Positions 7,467 to 10,780 of a DNA stretch of 10,780 nucleotides are shown here, piece after piece. The stretch is taken from assembly GCA_046484865.1 (NCBI GenBank), contig JAWOID010000064.1, positions 1 through 10,780 on the forward strand. Reading direction: 5' to 3'. The stretch is from Candidatus Krumholzibacteriia bacterium (GTDB taxonomy: Bacteria > Krumholzibacteriota > Krumholzibacteriia > LZORAL124-64-63). The notes under the pieces are model-generated. The model made no database searches and was not told the origin of the DNA. It was given only the letters and a program-made list of their open reading frames with translations. The stretch's first letter is position 1, and the number at the start of each line of letters is the position of its first letter. Both the position numbers and the translations under genes were made by a program.

Positions 7467-8078
7467 TCAGGCGCCCATCTGCAGGAATGCCCGGTGCACG
7501 CGCGTGTCGGGCGTGAGTTCGGGGTGGAAGGTCAGGCCCAGCAGGTTGCCCTGTCTCACCGCCACCGGCTCGGCGCCACGGCGGACCACCACCTCCACCC
7601 CGGAGCCCACGGCGGCGATGCGTGGCGCGCGGATGTAGACGGCCGCGAACGGCTCGGCCGAGCCGTCGAGGGATTCCAGCGAAAGATCCTCGGTGAAGGA
7701 GTCGACCTGCCGGCCGTAGCCGTTGCGTTGCACCATCACATCCATCAGGCCGAGCGTGGCGACCCCATGGTCCGCCGGATCCTCGCCGGCCAGCCGCCCC
7801 AGCATGATCAGACCGGCGCAGGTGCCCATGACCGGCCGCTTGGCGGCGAATTCGGCCAGGGGCCGCCGCAAGCCGGCGCGGTCGACGAGCCGGGCCAGCG
7901 TCGTCGATTCCCCCCCGGGGATCACCAGGTGGCTGCAGTCCGCCAGTTCTCCGGACCGGCGCACCAGCCGTACGGTTCTGCCCAGTGAGGCGAAGGCCTG
8001 CCGGTGCTTCTCGAAGTCGCCCTGCAGCGCCAGGATGCCGACCACCGTTCCGCTGGCGGTCTCCGGGCCCTGCGGCAT
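7467..8078 (-). CDS. pdxT: Pyridoxal 5'-phosphate synthase glutaminase subunit
   Basis: VGILALQGDF, IPGGESTT, GTCAGLI (catalytic Cys), RNGYGRQVDSF, YIRAP and FHPELT (His-Glu). It lies directly downstream of pdxS. An alternative start is the in-frame GTG at 8105, which overlaps the pdxS stop (GTGA). Confidence 0.97.
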   Translation of the reverse strand: MPQGPETASGTVVGILALQGDFEKHRQAFASLGRTVRLVRRSGELADCSHLVIPGGESTTLARLVDRAGLRRPLAEFAAKRPVMGTCAGLIMLGRLAGEDPADHGVATLGLMDVMVQRNGYGRQVDSFTEDLSLESLDGSAEPFAAVYIRAPRIAAVGSGVEVVVRRGAEPVAVRQGNLLGLTFHPELTPDTRVHRAFLQMGA

Positions 8079-8101
8079 CGTTCCGCCCTTCACCGGCTTG
8101 C

Positions 8102-9007
8102 TCACCAGCCGCGGCTGGCCAGCCGCTCGGTCTCCGTGAGCGAGGCCACGTCGATACCGCTCATGGCCTCCCCCAGTTCCATGCTGATCTCCAGCAGCCG
8201 CGCCGGGTCGTCGTGATAGGTGACCGCCTGCACGATCGCCTCCGCGCGCGGCTTGGGGTCGGTGCTCTTGAAGATGCCGCTGCCCACGAACACGGTCTCG
8301 GCGCCGAGTTGCATCATCAGGGCCGCGTCGGCAGGAGTGGCAACGCCGCCGGCGGCGAAGTTCGGCACCGGCAGCTTGCCCAGGCGCCGGGTCTCCATCA
8401 GCACCGACAGCGGCGCACCCAGGTTCTTGGCCTCGGCCATCAACTCGTCGGGACGCAGGGTGGCCAGACGGCGGATCCCCTCCTGGACCACGCGCATGTG
8501 CCGCACGGCCTCCACGATGTTGCCGCTGCCGGCCTCTCCCTTGGTGCGGATCATCGCCACACCCTCGCCGATGCGTCGCAGGGCCTCGCCCAGATCGCGA
8601 CAGCCGCACACGAACGGCACCGCGAAGTCCCACTTCCACACATGATTGTGCTCGTCGGCGGGGGTGAGCACCTCCGATTCGTCGATGAAGTCCACCGCCA
8701 GCGCCTCGAGGATCTGCGCCTCGGCGAAGTGGCCGATGCGCACCTTGGCCATGACCGGGATGGAAACCGTGTCCTGGATGGCCTTGATCATCTTCGGCTG
8801 GCTCATGCGGGCGATGCCGCCGTCGGCCCGGATGTCCGCCGGGATGCGCTCCAGGGCCATCACGGCCACGGCTCCCGCCTGCTCGGCGATCCGGGCCTGT
8901 TCGGCGTTGGTCACGTCCATGATGACCCCGCCCTTCAGCATCTCGGCCAGCCCGATCTTGTGGCGCATCGACTCTCGCTGCGCCTCGTCGACCCAGGAGT
9001 AAGTCAT
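8102..9007 (-). CDS. pdxS: Pyridoxal 5'-phosphate synthase lyase subunit
   Basis: [93 protein letters not shown] and a terminal RGW. The RBS is GGAGGAGG. Confidence 0.98.
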   Translation of the reverse strand: MTYSWVDEAQRESMRHKIGLAEMLKGGVIMDVTNAEQARIAEQAGAVAVMALERIPADIRADGGIARMSQPKMIKAIQDTVSIPVMAKVRIGHFAEAQILEALAVDFIDESEVLTPADEHNHVWKWDFAVPFVCGCRDLGEALRRIGEGVAMIRTKGEAGSGNIVEAVRHMRVVQEGIRRLATLRPDELMAEAKNLGAPLSVLMETRRLGKLPVPNFAAGGVATPADAALMMQLGAETVFVGSGIFKSTDPKPRAEAIVQAVTYHDDPARLLEISMELGEAMSGIDVASLTETERLASRGW

Positions 9008-9144
9008 CGCTCTTGCCTCCTCCGGACGCGCCCGCCAGGGCGGTGCGCCGTCGTCGTCCAGCGTCCGTTCTCTCCATGCGCGCGGCGGAACATGATCTCC
9101 GCCGCCGTCCCTCGAAAGCTCCCGGCCGGACCGCGCCTCGGCTG

Positions 9145-9205
9145 GAACTCACCGTGGCCGCACGCGTGCGCGGTCTTCGAACTCGCCGTGGCCGCACGCG
9201 TGCGC
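9145..9205. repeat. Two 27-bp direct repeats (34-bp period), each containing a 12-bp perfect palindrome
   Basis: GAACTC(A/G)CCGTGGCCGCACGCGTGCGC at 9145-9171 and 9179-9205, with one mismatch. The palindrome CGCACGCGTGCG lies at 9159-9170 and 9193-9204. Confidence 0.9.
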
Positions 9206-9211
9206 CAAGCC

Positions 9212-10600
9212 TCAGACGATGGCCGGCTCGGTCGCCGGCCCCCGCGCCAGCACGTCGGCCAGCACGGTCAGACCGGCCTCCACCTGCCAGCGATGGCGCG
9301 GCGCACTGAGGCTCACTCGCACCGCCGCCGGCGGCTCGCCCTCTCCCAGCCAGAATGCTCCCGGCGCCGCCACGGCCACTCCACGCGCCCGCGCCGTCGC
9401 CGCGAAGGCATCGGCGCGCCAGCCGTTGCGCAGCTCGAGCCAGAGGAAGTACGACCGCTCCCGGGTGTGCACGTGGTCCGGCGGCAGGATCGCGGCGGCG
9501 AGTCGCTGCCGTGCGGCAGCCTCCTCGCACTTGAGCGCCGACACCCGGTCGGCGGTCCCGTCCTCGATCCAGATGGCGGCCAGCTCGGCCGTCAACGGCG
9601 GCGGGATCCAGAGCGACGCCGCCACCGCAGATGCGATGCGGTCCGCGGTTCCGGGCGGCACCGCGACGTAGGCCACTCGCAGCCCCCCGGCCACCAGTTT
9701 CGAGGTGCTGGCGATGTAATGCGTCCGTTCGGGCGCGAAGGTCGCCAGCGGCGGCGGGGCGCCCGCTTCGAGCAGCCCGTGGACGTCGTCCTCCACCAGC
9801 GCGAGGTCGTGGCGGCGAGCCACCTCGGCGAGCGCCTGCCGTCGCTCGGCGTCCATCACGCCCGTGGTCGGATTCTGCAGGGTGGGCAAGCAGTAGAGAA
9901 CCCGCGCCCGCTCGCGACGACAGACGGCGTCCAGAGCATCGGCACGCATTCCCTGCTCATCCATGACCACCGGCACGAGGCGCAGTCCGAGCAGACGCGC
10001 CACGGTCTTCAGGCCGGGATAGGTCAGGGATTCCGCCAGCACCGTGTCACCCGGCTGGCAGAGCCCGCCGAGCACCACCGTGATGGCGTGCTGGGCACCC
10101 GCGGTGACCACCACCTGCTCGAGCGCCACCTCCAACCCATGACGGGCGATCCACGTCGCTCCCGCCTGCCTGTGTCGCCTCGAGCCGGGCGCAGGCGGAT
10201 AGGACAGCAGATCGTTGCAGCCGGGCCGTCCGGCGAGTTCGCGCAGCGCCCCGGCGAGATCCGGGTCCTGACCACACAGGGGCAGGTTCGATTCGAGCTC
10301 GATAGGTCCGTCTCCACCCGGCTCGCCCGTGCGTCCCGGCACGTCGCGACCGCCGCCCGGGCCGGTGACGAAGGTACCCCGGCCCACCTCGCCACGCAGC
10401 AGACCCCGGCGCTCGGCCTCGGCGTACGCCCGGCTCACCGTCCCCACCGTGACCCCCAGCCGCTCGGCCAGTTCCCGGTGCGTGGGCAGCCGATCACCGG
10501 CGAGCAGCCGGCCGGCGCCCACGTCGTCGGCGAGGGCCTCGGCGATCGCCCGGTAGCGCGGTCCGCCCCGGGAACTGATGTCGGGCGTCCAGATTGTCAT
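9212..10600 (-). CDS. MocR/GabR-family transcriptional regulator (GntR wHTH plus PLP-binding aminotransferase-like domain)
   Basis: wHTH RYRAIAEAL...GDRLPTHRELAERLGVTVGTVSRAYAEAERRGLL...GRGTFV. The AAT domain has TAGAQHAI, ESLTYPG, PTLQNPT, VEDDVH and STSK...GLRVAY, so the PLP lysine is retained. ATG 10600 is preferred over TTG 10606 given the promoter position. Confidence 0.95.
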   Translation of the reverse strand: MTIWTPDISSRGGPRYRAIAEALADDVGAGRLLAGDRLPTHRELAERLGVTVGTVSRAYAEAERRGLLRGEVGRGTFVTGPGGGRDVPGRTGEPGGDGPIELESNLPLCGQDPDLAGALRELAGRPGCNDLLSYPPAPGSRRHRQAGATWIARHGLEVALEQVVVTAGAQHAITVVLGGLCQPGDTVLAESLTYPGLKTVARLLGLRLVPVVMDEQGMRADALDAVCRRERARVLYCLPTLQNPTTGVMDAERRQALAEVARRHDLALVEDDVHGLLEAGAPPPLATFAPERTHYIASTSKLVAGGLRVAYVAVPPGTADRIASAVAASLWIPPPLTAELAAIWIEDGTADRVSALKCEEAAARQRLAAAILPPDHVHTRERSYFLWLELRNGWRADAFAATARARGVAVAAPGAFWLGEGEPPAAVRVSLSAPRHRWQVEAGLTVLADVLARGPATEPAIV

Positions 10601-10654
10601 GGTCAACCGAATGTAATTGACTGCATTGTACCGGTCAAGTTGCTGGGTACAATG
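10593..10654. promoter_or_regulatory. Three candidate MocR operator boxes (two direct, one inverted)
   Basis: ATTGTCATGGTCAA (10593-10606) and ATTGTACCGGTCAA (10625-10638) are 32 bp apart. The inverted copy is TTGCTGGGTACAAT (10640-10653). A perfect 9-bp inverted repeat CATTGTACC/GGTACAATG lies at 10624-10632 and 10646-10654. Confidence 0.65.
10610..10638 (-). promoter_or_regulatory. Putative sigma70 promoter of the MocR gene giving a near-leaderless mRNA
   Basis: The minus strand reads TTGACC (10638-10633), a 17-bp spacer, then TACATT (10615-10610). Only 9 nt separate the -10 from ATG 10600 and there is no Shine-Dalgarno. Confidence 0.7.
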
Positions 10655-10660
10655 TTCTCG

Positions 10661-10780
10661 CCGGCGGGAGTCGGGAGGGGCGGCGGGCCGGCGGAGCGGG
10701 CTGGCGGAGCGGCGGAGCGGCCGGGCGGCCGGGCGGCGGGGCGGCGGGCCGGCGGAGCGGGCTGGCGGGGGCGGCCGAGC
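10661..10780 (+). repeat. G-rich low-complexity repeat region with an exact 31-bp duplication
   Basis: GGGGCGGCGGGCCGGCGGAGCGGGCTGGCGG occurs at 10677-10707 and 10738-10768. The region is built from ~8-bp units such as GGCGGAGC and GGGCGGCC. Confidence 0.85.

Noticed and set aside
9145..9205. CRISPR mini-array
   Set aside because: Only two repeats with a 7-nt spacer, and no cas genes or leader in the window.
8079..9530. 687-aa ORF suggesting a long PdxT extension or frameshifted PdxS-PdxT fusion
   Set aside because: The upstream part is an Arg/Gly-rich shadow frame of pdxS. pdxS ends normally at RGW-stop and pdxT has its own start.
9212..10600. Assigning the gene symbol pdxR
   Set aside because: The family is clear, but orthology to characterised PdxR cannot be shown from the sequence, and the orientation and box placement differ from the canonical arrangement.

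Overview
GC-rich (~70%) bacterial chromosomal segment made mostly of housekeeping genes. The + strand carries a 5'-truncated secreted (alpha/alpha)-barrel-like protein with a C-terminal FlgD-Ig domain, an isocitrate dehydrogenase (icd) and an alpha/beta hydrolase. The - strand carries a MocR/GabR-family PLP-binding regulator, pdxS, pdxT, a duplicated PrsA/SurA-like lipoprotein foldase and an unknown exported protein. The FlgD-Ig tail suggests an FCB-related lineage such as Krumholzibacteriota or Latescibacterota (inference). The first ~378 nt belong to a different, lower-GC gene (beta-barrel-like) joined out of frame to the next gene, which looks like a chimeric junction. The most notable points are that junction, a MocR gene lying co-directionally upstream of pdxST with a clear near-leaderless promoter overlapped by three operator-like boxes, a palindrome-containing tandem repeat upstream of pdxS, and the single-chain tandem foldase. 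I found no mobile element, CRISPR array or RNA gene, and no clearly new system can be demonstrated from the sequence alone.
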